A stretch of DNA of 63,119 nt, the filler included, from Octopus bimaculoides (lineage: Eukaryota), in assembly GCF_001194135.2 (NCBI RefSeq). It is 4 parts of 4 records of this genome, joined end to end, with 100 filler letters (N's around TTAATTAATTAA, not from the genome) between each part and the next. Parts side by side here need not be neighbours in the genome. Positions count along the whole stretch, not along the records: positions 30,028 to 58,388 come from NC_068982.1; 3 more parts are not named here. One strand, written 5' to 3'. The notes under the pieces are model-generated. The model was not told the DNA's origin. It saw nothing but the letters and a program-made list of their open reading frames with translations, and ran no database searches. Both the position numbers and the translations under genes were made by a program. Of this stretch, positions 36,730 to 51,294 are shown piece after piece; position 1 is the first letter of the stretch; every line of letters begins with the position of its first letter.

Positions 36730-37420
36730 TAGTGACAGAAGCAGTATTAAACAAGAGTGCATTTTGCATCAAAAGCCAGTATGAGAGTTTCACTCATGGT
36801 AACTACCACAGTATTGACTGTTCCAACAGAATATCCCTGTTTAGATGGGGATACGATATATATTTGTCACTTCAACATATGGCAGCTCACAAGATTATTC
36901 TACACTTTGTTATACTCATCTACACAATCATTTATTGTATGTCCTACTGTATTACATATTCCTCTTACCTTGGAATATTATATCATAACCCATTAAATTA
37001 AATCAATACACATAAGACTACATGATACTACATGAGCTGGAGTGGAGTTTCTATGTACTTATTCAATCTGCTAAAAAGAACAGATAAATCTCTCTTAAAT
37101 CACATCTTAGTTAAACAAAAACTCATTGGACAATACAATCTCTGGTATACGTACTAAAAAGATGAGATAGTCAAAGAGGGAACAGATTTGATCGTAAGTC
37201 TGCTAGATGAAGACTGATCAGAGATTGAACAACAACACCAACCACAGCAACAACAACAACAATATCAACTATAACAACCACAGAATCGACTGCAAGAATA
37301 CATGACAGTAACAATACATGATGGCTCCAACACCATCATCACTACCATTACTACCAAAATACCACCACCACCACCACTACCACCATCACCACAACCACCA
37401 CCACCACCACCACAACCACC

Positions 37421-37452
<32 letters not shown>

Positions 37453-38142
37453 CAACAACAATAACAACAATTTACATTCACCAGTTTAAGTACATTGACA
37501 TCAGAAAGCTTTTGACTGCATTCTGCTCACCTAACTTACAAACACAATGCTAAACACTTCCTTAAGAAACAAAATGTTGGCTGGAAAACTATCTTTCAAG
37601 TTGCCAAGGCTATGTATAGTACAATAAAAACAAACATCTAGAATCTGTAATTTCCTGAACAGAGTACAACAAAGGTTTGTCCGCTCATCTACACTTTTTT
37701 TTTATCACGGTCTTCCCACACCTCCATGAAGTATATACACACCATTTCATATGTAGATAACTCCACAGCTACCTCCTCACACCATTCTCCAGATAAAGCT
37801 AGCTGTACAACTACCCTCCACCAACCTTGCATTAACCAGTGAGAAATCTAACTCCAAACAAATATACTAAAAGCAGCATCTTCTAAATCTCCTTTCTTAC
37901 CAGCTATACGAAAGAAGATCAAATCCAGCCAACCATTATATTCAGCAACAACAACAAAACACACACAAACAAAGTCACAGAAGACAAACATTTGAGGAAT
38001 TACATACAATACCTCTACAACATTCATACAACACTTAGAAGAAAGTAAAAAATTGTTCGTTTCTTTTTAAATGCATGACTATGCAGAGATACTTAAAATG
38101 TATTCACAACCCCCTTATTTAATAATCACAAATAAACAAGAC

Positions 38143-38545
38143 GCAGGAGTGGCTGTGTGGTAAGTAGCTTGCGTACCAACCACATGGTTCCAGGTTCATT
38201 CCGACTGTGTGGCACCTTGAGCAAGTGTCTACTACTATAGCCTCGGGCCAACCAAAGCCTTGTGAGTGGATTTGATAGACGGAAACTAAAAGAAGCCTGT
38301 CGTATATATGTATATGTATATGTATGTGTGTGTATATGTTTGTGTGTCTGTGTTTGTCCCCCCAACATTGCTTGACAACCGATGGTGGCGTGTTTATGTC
38401 CCCGTAACTTAGCGGTTCGGCAAAAGAGACAGATTGAATAAGTACTAGGCTTACAAAGAATAAGTCCTGGGGTCTATTTGTTCGACTAAAGGCGGTGCTC
38501 CAGCATGGCCACAGTCAAATGACTGAAACAAGTAAAAGAGTAAGA
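38143..38545 (+). mobile_element. SINE family A, complete reference copy
   Basis: A-box TGGCTGTGTGG, B-box-like GGTTCATTCC, internal (TA/TG)n, body ending GGCGGTGCTCCAGCATGGCC...GTAAAAGAG. Confidence 0.9.
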
Positions 38546-40159
38546 CTAGTACACAAACGTAGTAGATTTGTTCATGAATTATGTCAGTCCTTGTTCTCAA
38601 TGTGTGTGTGTGTGCATGTGTGTATATGCGCGTGTGTGTGTATACACGTGTGCACATGCATGTATGTGTATATGCATGCATGTGCACAGGCATGCATGTG
38701 TGTATGTGTGTGTTTAACAAATTAATTCAAAACAACTCACTTTGAATAATCACAGGTAGCAGACCACATCCACTGACCCCAGACCACATTTATAGACCCC
38801 TACCTACACAATAATGAATTAAAATACTTACAACATTATGAACCAATGGCTGAAACCTTTGGAGTGTTACTCAGCCTATTAGAAATAAAAGCAAAATCTC
38901 CCTCAAAGACATTTTGTTATTTAAAACAAAAACAAAAAACCAAAGGACTTAGATAATATAATTCTAGATCCTCTGTTCCTGAAAACAAGATAGCTATGAC
39001 TCATAGGTCTCTACAATAAAGGGTGACCTGGAGATTAACAAAAACAACAATGAACAATTCAAAAAAAAAAAAAAGAAATTTCAAGAAATTTGGTGTACAA
39101 AGTATGCTTCCAAAGTATGTTACAATTCCACACTTCTCTATTATCATACATACCCTCCTTGTGAAATACCTAGAAACATTATTGTCATCATAAATTGTAA
39201 AATGCTTCTGAGAAGACATCCAACCCTTCAAATTTGTAAGACTGAAACTCATCAAGTTTAGTGTTCAGTACGGAGATTGAAATGTTTATCTAAATTTGAA
39301 AGTAGCTATTTTCAGATAATGTTAACTATTGCAATTTCAATCGTCAGCTGTGAGTAACCCATCAGCAATTTAAATTTGATCTTATCATTTCTGGAAGCTT
39401 TAATGAACCAAGAAAGACTGTTGTATGTGAGGAAACTGAAAGCTAATTTTGATATTGTTAAAGTGTTTGCATTATTAGCCCTTCCATTACAATACTTCTG
39501 TTTAAATACATTGCCTTCCTTTTATCCTCAGCACCATGATCATCATCATTTAACTCTCATGTTCTATGTTGGCATGGATTGGAGAGTTTGACAGGAGTTT
39601 GACAGGGCTGTGTCAAGTTCCAGTATCGACTTTGGCATGGTTTCTATGACTGGATGTCCTTCCTAACACCAACCACATTACAGTGTGTACTGGATATCTT
39701 TTTGTGCTACTGACATTAGTGAGGTTGCTAAGCAATTTGCAAGACAGAAAAGGACAGGGAAAAAGGGAAAGGAAAAATATCCTGCTACTAAGTGGTGGTG
39801 GTGGTGGTGGTGGTGGTTGTGAGGTTTATTGGAGAAGGGAAGTAGATCGACCCCTGTATGCAACTGATACTTAATTTATCGACCCTGAAAGGATGAAAGG
39901 CAAAGGTGACCTCAGCAGAATTTGAACTCAGAACGTAAAAGACAGATGAAATACCACTAAGTATTTCGCCTGGCATGCTAAAGTTTCTGCCAGCTCACCA
40001 CTGTTTTATGCCAGGTATTGGAAGTATAGACGGCTACACCGCATAATATAGTGGGTGGGAGCAGATTTTAAATAATGAAAGATTTAAACCCAGGAAGACA
40101 TGGGATGAAGTACTGTAGAATGACATCAGGATGCTGAACCTTTCAGGTGAGATGACAAA

Positions 40160-40545
40160 GGACTGAGATGCCTGGTGCTTTGCTGTACTCAAGAAAACCC
40201 ATATTCCACAGCAGAAATGTTAAAACTAGCCTCTTTGGTGATGTAAAGCACTCATGGCAGTGTTATGTAAAAACGCCCATATGGTGCCTTGTAAAAGTGC
40301 CTGTGTAGTGCCACATAAATGCACTCATGCAGTGCCAAGTAAAGACGCCTGTGCAGTGCCATGTAAAAGCACCCAGCACACTCTGTCAAGTGGTTGGCAT
40401 TGGGAAAGGCATCTAGCCATAGAAACCATGCCAAATCAGATTGGAGTCTGGTGCAGCTCCCCAGCCTGCTAGTTCTGGTCAAATCATCCAACCCATGCCA
40501 GCGCAAACAATGGACGTTAAATGATGATGATGACGATGATGACTT
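40160..40545 (+). mobile_element. LINE-type 3' tail repeat ending in (GAT)n
   Basis: TGGTTGGCATTGGGAAAGGCATCTAGCCATAGAAACC...GGACGTTAAATGATGATG, with related copies at ~39545-39740 (-) and ~54575-54745 (+), and internal short tandem units. Confidence 0.65.
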
Positions 40546-41051
40546 TTGTTCTTATTTATCTGGTGTTTGTGAAAAATAGAAATGAAATTTTGCCAGAAGG
40601 TTATAACTTAGATTGTTTTAAAACAAAAAGTTTGTAACATAAAACAAGTGGTGATTTCAAAGTTCAAAATTATTCATAAAATAGCCAAAATAGGTGCATA
40701 CTTCATTCCCCATGGAATGATGTGATTTGGTATGACCATTTCAATACTGATGATTTGACAGGACTGGATGGACATTCAACCTGTTTTGGTGACAGCTCGT
40801 TTTGGTATTGGAGGCAAACACCCACATGCATCTGTCCCACACATGCAAAGGCTATGGCCAGCCATTTTGTTATAGGTCTTACTTTTTTTTCAAGCACTGC
40901 CTGTGCATGATGATTTTTTTATAGTGGGGAAAGGATTTGCACAGACCGAATCCCACTCTCTGATCATGGACAACATAAACTCGGAAAGAAGAACTAGCCT
41001 ACATCATCGAATATTGTCAGTGTCATATGTAGTATGTATGTATGTATGTAC

Positions 41052-41505
41052 GTATGTCAGGTCACTCTTGGGCACTACTGGTAACATGTAACCCAGTACA
41101 ACCTGTTGCATGGTCGGGTCATCAGTGACTAAACTGGCAATCCCATCAAGCTTGCTTGGTGAGGAAGGTGATTGCTGGACACCCTGCAGGACGAAAAATA
41201 AGACCTGTCAAAGGGCAGAAGAGTTCATGAACAGTTAACAGCCAACCCAAGTATTTCTACATTCTCACTCATACACACATACATACATACACATGTACAC
41301 ATATTGTTGGCTGGCCGTTGACTGCTCATGAGCTCTTCTGCCCTTTGACAGATCTTATTTTTTGTCCTGCAGAGTGTCAAGCAATCACCCTCCTCACCAA
41401 GAAAGCTTAATGGGGTTGCTAGTTTAGTCACTGATGACTCGACCATGCAACAAGTTGTACTGGGTTACATGTTACTAGTAGTGCTCAAGAGTGACCTAAC
41501 ATACA
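41052..41505. repeat. Fold-back formed by two inverted copies of the 30028-type repeat
   Basis: ~195-bp arms (41059-41248 and 41305-41497) around a ~55-bp CATA-containing spacer. Flanking (TATG)n/(CATA)n extend the symmetry. Confidence 0.9.
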
Positions 41506-42261
41506 TACATACATACAAACATACATACATACATACATATAAACATAACTAGATGCTTATGCACATGAGCAGAGAAAATGAGGGAGAGAAAATGAGAAAG
41601 GGAGAAAACAAGTGAAAAATTAAGAAGGGAGAAACATTCAAATGTCTAATGTCAGTGTTGAATCAGTGTTGAAACAGGTGACGCCAAACTGACTGTGCCA
41701 AAATAACTCATTTCTTTGAAAATTCTTTATAATTAGAATGATTTTATTTCAATGTATGTTTAAACATTTTTGCTTTGCTTTACTTGAAAATTTATAAATA
41801 ATAGTTTATTTTCGTGTATTTCATGTATTATACATAGATGTTTTCCTTTACCATAAAATCAATTTCTTTTTAAAAAATATATTAGAGTTATTATTCCAAA
41901 TAACAAATTTGAGCATCATAAGGATCAACTAAAATTGTAAAGAATATTGGTTTTATGGGTGCTATTTATTGACTTTGAGTACATTGAACTCTGAGTATGC
42001 CCCCATCATTGATTTGTCTGTTCAGTTACAGCTGGTTAGAACAACAATAAATAGAAGTAACATTGTTGACAATCCTTTTAGCGTTTTACTGAGTTAGGTC
42101 ATTGCACTATAGTCATGCTGGCTTTCGTTGAATGTTTCAACACCCAATACTTATTTTAGTTTGTTAGTTATTTTATGAATCTCCATTGAATGGCAAAGTT
42201 ACCTTTCAGCATGAAGAGAGGCAACTAAGATCAGTGTTTTCACATTGGAATATAGATGCAG

Positions 42262-42295
<34 letters not shown>

Positions 42296-43849
42296 GTATA
42301 TGTGTATATATATANNNNNNNNNNNNNNNNNNNNNNNNNNNNNNNNNNNNNNNNNNNNNNNNNNNNNNNNNNNNNNNNNNNNNNNNNNNNNNNNNNNNNN
42401 NNNNNNNNNNNNNNNNNNNNNNNNNNNNNNNNNNNNNNNNNNNNNNNNNNNNNNNNNNNNNNNNNNNNNNNNNNNNNNNNNNNNNNNNNNNNNNNNNNNN
42501 NNNNNNNNNNNNNNNNNNNNNNNNNNNNNNNNNNNNNNNNNNNNNNNNNNNNNNNNNNNNNNNNNNNNNNNNNNNNNNNNNNNNNNNNNNNNNNNNNNNN
42601 NNNNNNNNNNNNNNNNNNNNNNNNNNNNNNNNNNNNNNNNNNNNNNNNNNNNNNNNNNNNNNNNNNNNNNNNNNNNNNNNNNNNNNNNNNNNNNNNNNNN
42701 NNNNNNNNNNNNNNNATATATATATATATATAGGTGAATTAGGTACTTAAGTTGAAGCACCAAGTCAGTCTGGTATTATCCACACAGCTCGAAGTAAGGT
42801 GAATAAAATCAAAATAAGCAACAAGGTAACAAGTAGTAATTCATTATGACCATTTCAAGTGGCTCCATTTAATTGAACAATGCAATCATTACATCAGTTT
42901 AAATGCAATGCTATCTTCAGCTGCGCAAATAAATAAATGGAATTTTAACAAGTAGGACACATTAATATAATTTTTTTTTAATATTTTAGCAGAGTAAGAA
43001 GATGGAAGAAATTCATGTTGTCGCTATTGTAGCTAGGAATAGACTACAACTTCTAAGAATTGCATGAAGCATAGTGGGGTTATAGGGTTGTAAGGGTTGC
43101 AATTCATTTCTAATTTATCTAACCCATTATCATCTATTAAATCTGAGACCTAGAAGACTGTGTCTATTTTAAATAAAGGGTAAGAGTGAGTTGACAGCTC
43201 ATGGCTAGGTATAGTCATAAATATTATCATATGTATCCCTTTTCCCCAGGGAGGAAATAAGACATTAGAAGTAGTCAGTTGGATATAAGTAACTGTCTAT
43301 AAAAAGAGGCAGAGTAGAGGAAAGCTTTAAATCATGATGTTAATTACCAGTTAAAGGGGCAAGACACTCAGAAACCTAAGAATTTAATACATAGGAAATT
43401 TTATTGGGGGCACTATGGGGAAATGTTTATAAACAATATTGTTATGTTGTATAAAAATAAAATAGGTAAAAGGTGTGTATATATCAATTATAAACATTAA
43501 AAAGGAAGGTTACATAGAATCCATTTATTATCCATTCATCTCACATAGACTTAAGTAACTGAAAAATATCAATTTAAGAACAAGAAAAATAATAATTTAT
43601 AAGGGTTTAGAGGTTAATAAGTAAGGATATCAAAATAAGAAAACAAAATAATAAGAAATACATATAACCTACATATAAAGAGATAGGAAATTTAAATTAG
43701 TGGCAGGGAAAAGATAAAGGTAACCTGAAAAGAGGGGGTTAATAGGTATGGAAGTAGCGAGGGCAGTTAAAGGTATTCCTTTAGTTGAAGGTATTCCTTA
43801 CTAACCACTCTACCTGTGTATATATAAACTGTGGGTATTGGGTATGACT

Positions 43850-44430
43850 ACCTACTAAATATTTCCTATTTAGTACTGGAGATATTTCATTTATGAGGAT
43901 GTACTCCTGTATTTGTCTGAGTATTGGGTCCCTCAGGTGCTTGGATAAAATGTGGATGTCAAGTTGACCCAGTGTGCCTCCATGCTGGTAGAGTATGGAG
44001 GACTGTTTTTGTCATCATATTGTCTCAAATGTTCATTTAGTTTCTCCACAATGCTTCTAGATGTCTCAACTATGTATATCATGTTCTTTACAAGCACCTT
44101 CTATGCCCCTTATGCTGTAGACTACATTTCTAGTTCTACAGTTAATACCAGGGTTAATCTTACATACCATGCAGCTATCAATATCATTGATGCAAGTAGT
44201 ATTTTCAAAGGGGTACATCCTACATAGTTGTGATCTGATGGAGCTCCCTGGCTTTTCAACGATCTTAATGTTGAGTCTGGCCTCCTTCAGAGCTTTCCTA
44301 AATCTTTGGGCTAGTTCTCCATGGGCTGTGGCTTCTACAAGCATCACTCCTTGATATTTGTTAGTCTTGTACCACGTGTTCACCCTGTTTGCTTTGTCAC
44401 AAATTCTTTGTATCCTATTCCAGTCTTTAC
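43850..44430 (-). pseudogene. Penelope-like C-terminal linker and GIY-YIG fragment
   Basis: ORF 44066-44383 WYK...KIVEKPGSSIRSQLC...CMVC...CRTRNVVYSI, then YIVETSRSI...EH after a frameshift. Confidence 0.8.
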
Positions 44431-44561
44431 TTCTATATCTAGGGCAGGTACCACTGGTTTTAAGTAATAAATCACCAAAAGAGAATGACTCTCCCTAGAC
44501 AATAAAATATGCTTCAACACACGAATTAACATAAAGAATCTTGCTAACCAAATACAAAATG

Positions 44562-44603
<42 letters not shown>

Positions 44604-45638
44604 GTACTCATATGCACACACACATATACATACATGCATACACACACACACACACATATGAATGTATATATACACATACCAGGCTTTCATGCAGTTTCAC
44701 TCAACAAAATTTTACTCACACAGAGTTAATTAGTAGAGCTGAAATTAGTAGACTTATTGACATCACCATAATCATCACCAGCATCATAATCATCATCCAT
44801 CATCATCATCATTGTCATTGTCATCATCATTGTCATCGTCGTCATCATTGTCATCAACTTCAATGTCATCACTGTCCTTATTATAAATGCCATTATCATC
44901 ATTATTATCTTTTAAAAAATAAATAAATCACAAAGCTTGACGCCCAATTTTAATGATTACTAAAACGAAATAAAATATTTGCAAAAACAGAATAATTGCT
45001 CTAAATTTATTTTTCAAATACTTTTAATTCATTTCATTTTTTTTCTTTATTCATATTTTATCTTCATCATCATCTTCATCATCGTCATCGTCATCATCAT
45101 TATTATATTTTATTGTTTTACTTTTTAGTTCCTTCATGTCTTTATTTACGAGCGGATGGTTTCGGTATTTTAAATAGTTGGAACATATTGAATTAATTGT
45201 TTGTGACTAATTGCCGGAACAGTAAACTCTTGAGAGTCATTAGTAAATAATGTCTTTTGGCATTCCTTGTTTCTAAGATTGTTATTCTCCATTTCATACA
45301 AGAATATTACACTTGATCAATTCACATAACTTCATATATTTCTCTTCTGAATCATTTTATCTTGTTAAATTTTTGTATGATTTACTGATTTGTTTTGTCA
45401 TTATCATTAACTACATGTTTGTTGTCATCATCATTGTCATTATCAGCATCATTAATACAGTATTACAAAGTAACAGTATCTTATTATTATAGTATTATAA
45501 AGTAACTTAGCCACTCAATAAATGATGATCGATAACACTAGTACCAAAATGAAATTAAGCTCTGAGTTCAAAATGATCAAATTTAAAAACCTTGAAGGTA
45601 GCACTACACCACGATCATAGAGTTCCTTCCATGTATTA

Positions 45639-46581
<943 letters not shown>

Positions 46582-46582
<1 letters not shown>

Positions 46583-47180
46583 GAGTGAGAGAGCAGTGCA
46601 TGCCATGAAATGGACACTGGAGTACAAATATATGAAGCCCAACACACCCATCATGACTACCTGTCTGATAAGGGTACACAGGTACATGCATCTCAACCAT
46701 GTGTGTGTTGCTTGATGACCTCAAATCAAGATGAACAGCCCATGACCTTGCAAGTGAGGCCCAGTTAGAATTTTTTTCAGGTTGAGAAGCCCATCACGCT
46801 CAAAAAGTCCCTGAATAAAGGTTGTTTAAAGATGAATGAAGCAACCATGTTTCCAAGGGTGAATTAATCAAACTCCAAAGAATTCCTCTCAACACATGGT
46901 TACAACGCTCTCCCACTACTCTAACTCATTATCAGAGGTACACACATTGTTTGCTGCTAAGGGACATGCTCAACTGATTAAGGTCAAACAACTGACAAGC
47001 AAATCTGTAATATTGAGCAGAATATTTGCTGTAGTCCATTTTTTTTACACCAAGATAAAACAAGTACACGATAATACTTCAAATCAGTTAAGATCAGAAG
47101 CCATGAGAGCCACTGTCTGGTACTGCATCAGGGCATTTATTATTATTATTATTATTATTATTGTTGTTGTTATTATTATA

Positions 47181-47219
<39 letters not shown>

Positions 47220-47400
47220 GAATGAGAGCGCAGTCCATGTCATCAAAATGACACTGGAGTAAAATATATGAAGCCCATTATACCCATCATGACTACCCAT
47301 TTGATAACAGTACACAAGGCACATGCATCACAACCATTTGTGTGACATGGTGATCTCATATCCAGATAAACAGTGCATGACCTTGTTAGAATTTTCTTTG
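46582..47400 (+). repeat. Two copies of a repeat starting immediately after (TTA)n tracts
   Basis: GAGAGCAGTGCATGCCAT...CCCATCATGACTACC..TCTGATAA at ~46582-46980 and ~47218-47400. Confidence 0.7.
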
Positions 47401-48189
47401 ATAGTATATAGCATGGGCAGGTGGTTAGTGGAGTCATAACATTTAGCTATATGTGCTTGGAGGAAGGACCACCAAGGACATACAAGTTCTCATTACCCCA
47501 TAAATCAACCAAACAATACCAGAATTGTGTCTTGTAAAGTGTATTGAGAGAAAAAAACCTTAAAAGATGGCATCCAAATTAGATGACACAGTTGCTACAT
47601 AATTATTTCTACTCTAGGCACAGGGCCTTAAAAATTTTGGAGGAAGGAAGCTAGTTGATTATATCGACCTCATATCAACCAGTGCATAACTGATACTTAT
47701 TCCATCAACCCCGAAAGGATGAAAGGCAAAGTCAACCTAGGTGGAATTTGAACTCAGAATGTAGCAGCAGACAAAATACCGTTAAGCATTTCTCTTGATG
47801 TGCTAACGATTCTGCCAGCTCGCTGCCTTACAACTACATAATGTGGAAGCAAACCTCATGAAGAGCTTTCAGCACAGAAAACCTGAAAGAACAAAAGCAA
47901 CAACAAAAAGAACAAATCATGGAGGTTGTTGGTTCTAAGGCAACACTAAGCACAACTCATGAGTCAATAAATAAAATTGCTCAAATCTTAGAACCAGCAA
48001 CAAGCCAAGAAACCCAATAACTTCATCTCCCAGCCACAACCAGCAAAGACGAAGTATGGGTTAAGAAGAAAATATGATCACACTTTAAACAGCATAAAAA
48101 GAACAGCAAAGCATTTATTCCATGTAAATCATCATCATCATCATTATCATCATCATCATCATCATCATCCAGTTTTTTAAATGCAAGTA

Positions 48190-48530
48190 TATCCCTTTTA
48201 CGGGGGTGGCCGAACCTACCTCAATGCCATAGCAACCGCCCTCACACCATCTCGCCATCTTGCCCAGTTTTAGGCATCCTTCCTTCTCAAGCCAACCTTC
48301 CCAATCTCCTCCTCCACCTGTCCCCTCCACGTTTTCCTTGGTCTACTTCGCTTTTGCAGTCCATTTATTTCAAACTCCTCAGAACATGTTCCTCATGCCT
48401 CCTCAACACATGCCCATACCACCACACTCCATTCACCCTTGCCAGTTATTCCACCAATTCCTCCAGCCCCAGCATCCCCCACATTGTATAAATCTTTCAC
48501 CCATCTCCTCAGAACATCTTTGTAAACACC
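48190..48530 (-). pseudogene. RTE-type LINE 3' end
   Basis: Minus strand WYGHVLRRHEEHVL...KSEVDQGKRG motif, typical of RTE C-termini. Confidence 0.75.
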
Positions 48531-49741
48531 TTGTTTAACATTACTTTGGGATATTTTTCTCTTGGAGCTTTTGTGGTCAATAAAGCAAAGACTATTATAA
48601 GAATGGTGCTCTGGCAAAGCTTTTAAAGCTTTGGAAGAAATGCCTGGCTGTATTTTTCTGGCTCTTTACATTCAGAGTTCAAATCCTGCTCAGGCCAACT
48701 TTATCTTTCATCTTTACAGAGTTGATAAAACAAAGTAATGGGCAACTGCTGGGATTGATGGTTTCAGCTAAACTCCTCACCTCAAAATTGCTGACTTTGT
48801 GCCAAAATTTCAAACAATTATTATGATTATTGTCATTATTGTCCTTTTGGTAAACCCAAGAATACATTATCATTATGGTTAATAAAGTAATGGTGAAGAA
48901 GACACTGTAGAGTGAGAGTCATGCTACATGTGTTGTGACATTTAATTCATGTCCCTCAACCTTCTGAGTTCATTTTGCCTTTCATACTTCTAGAATCAAT
49001 AAAAATCAGCCAAATGTTGAGGTCAAAACAGCTAATCCTATACTCTTTCTCTTACAAATGTGTGGTATTGTGCCAAAACTATAAATCATCATCACTATCA
49101 TTGTCATCATCATCATTATATTATGAAGGCATCATCATTATTATGAAGGCAATGAACTGGAAGAATTGTTTATACATTTATACAACAATCCATTCTAAAA
49201 GAATACTGTATGGTATATTTTTTTTATCTCTATATTCTGAGTTCAAATCCCTTCCTTTCAGTATCAGTTAAGCACTGGGGTTAATGTAACTGATTTATCC
49301 CTTTCCCAGAAATTGCTAGCATTATACCAGAAATGGAAAAATTGCTATTATTTTGCCTTTCATCCCTTTGAGCTCAATAAAATAAGTACCAATTCAGTAT
49401 TGAGGCTTATGTAATTGGCTTCCCCCTCCCCTCAAAATTAGAAAAAAATTGTTGTCATTATCATTATTAGGGTGGGGAAGGAAGCACTGTCCTCAAGTGA
49501 GTTTATTGAAAGGTGGGTGAAAGTTATAAAAATGGCAAGAGTGGATGGTACCTCACTAAGTGTAGACCTGTGAGTCAGAGGGAAGCAACTGGAGAGGGCA
49601 CTTGCTCTTGGTATTCAGAGAAATCTCAGACAGTGGGGTTCCTTGATAATCCCTAGAGGTCATCCTGTATCAGAAGGGCTACATCTCTATCATCCTTCCC
49701 CACTTTATTTTTTAAACTTTTGTATATTATGTATATTGTGG

Positions 49742-50125
49742 AGGCGCAATGGCCCAGTGGTTAGAGCAGCGGACTCGTGGTCATAGGATCACGGTTTTGA
49801 TTCCCAGACCAGGCGTTGTGAGTGTTTATTGAGCAAAAACACCTAAAGCTCCACGAGGCTCCGGCAGGGGATGGTGGCGAACCCTGCTGTACTCTTTCAC
49901 CACAACTTTCTCTCACTCTTACTTCCTGTTTCTGTTGTGCCTGTAATTCAAAGGGTCAGCCTTGTCACACTGTGTCACGCTGAATATCCCCGAGAACTAC
50001 GTTAAGGGTACACGTGTCTGTGGAGTGCTCAGCCATTTGCACGTTAATTTCATGAGCATCTGTTCCGTTGATCGGATCAACTGGAACCCTCAACGTCGTA
50101 AGCGACGGAGTGCCAACAACAACAA
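49742..50125 (+). mobile_element. tRNA-derived SINE family C
   Basis: GGCGCAATGGCCCAGTGGTTAGAGCAGCGGACTC head, degenerate B box and (CAA)n tail. Confidence 0.85.
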
Positions 50126-51294
50126 TTATGTATATTAAAGTGGAGCGAAAAATGCAACTTTCAAAATTGATAACCAAGAATCGATATTTTGTTGTGAATT
50201 AGGGTTAAAAGAAAGGTGTGTAAAGGACTTTGCAGTTAAATATTTTTCCAGGCTCTGCAACGCAATTGAAAATTTAAACTATCACTATTTTTGGTCATAT
50301 TTTGGATATCATGGATTATAAGTTCTATCAAATACATATTTCTGCATAGTAGAATGCATAACAGTAAATATAGTATCCTTAAGAGGGTGCATACCAAGTT
50401 TCAGTACAATTGACTCATATCTTGAGGTTCTGCATTGACTATAATGAGAACAGGAGTGTGAACTTCTCTCCAGTGCTGCTGCAATGGTTGTTGCATGTGG
50501 ACGTACATAGTACATGTGTGAAGTTTGCTGCTTTGTACCTTGACTTTAGGCCATTGTATTAAAATTAATGATCATCTTAAATTTAGTGTTCTTTACACTT
50601 AGTGATGACTCATAAGCCAGTAGCGCATCATGATACTGAATGCCCAATATTTGGTACTCCATGTGATCTTAGCAAGTGAGTTTTGCCAACTTACAAAGAC
50701 ATACTAAAATGTGTTTTATTTGAACAAGAAAAAGAAAAGAATGTAGTTAAGAAAGATTCTTCAATTAAATAAATTGTCACAGTTGTAGCAGAAAAGATAA
50801 TTCTTCTTTGGCAAAAGGCATCCATCCCTGAGTCAATTAATCCCAAAATCTTAAACTTTTAATTATTTTTATCACCACAGTGTCACGAATTAAAACTTGG
50901 TTTACATGTAATTTTATTTTAATGTGTGTATAATCTAGGCCTCATGTAACACATATATTTGGTGATCTAGACTACCTATGACCCGTTGGATCACCAATAG
51001 TTCAATGTACCCCAAAAAACCCACGTATCTCAGTAACTCTTGGCCTGATTTACGCAAAACTTGTTTTATTCCATTTGTATTCACATGAGCATCCAATTCA
51101 TGACGTCTCCTGCTTTTGTCTCTTTCCTTCTGTTTCACCAGACACTCAACTGTCCAAGTGATCTCTCCTACTTGTCTCTTTCCCTCTGTTCTGCCAGAAG
51201 CTCAGCCCTTGCTTTATCAGTCTCATCGATCTTTCTATTCGCATGCCTGTCCCCATCTTGGGTAAATATTTCGTAAAGGACCCGGTTGTATTTC

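Noticed and set aside
40690-40990. GC-richer segment with short open frames on both strands
   Set aside because: No recognisable motif and weak splice sites. Cannot distinguish exon from TE relic.
49742-49815. tRNA-like sequence GGCGCAATGGCCCAGTGGTTAGAGC...
   Set aside because: The T-arm and acceptor pairing are degenerate and it continues into a SINE body. The same applies to 8419 and 52645.
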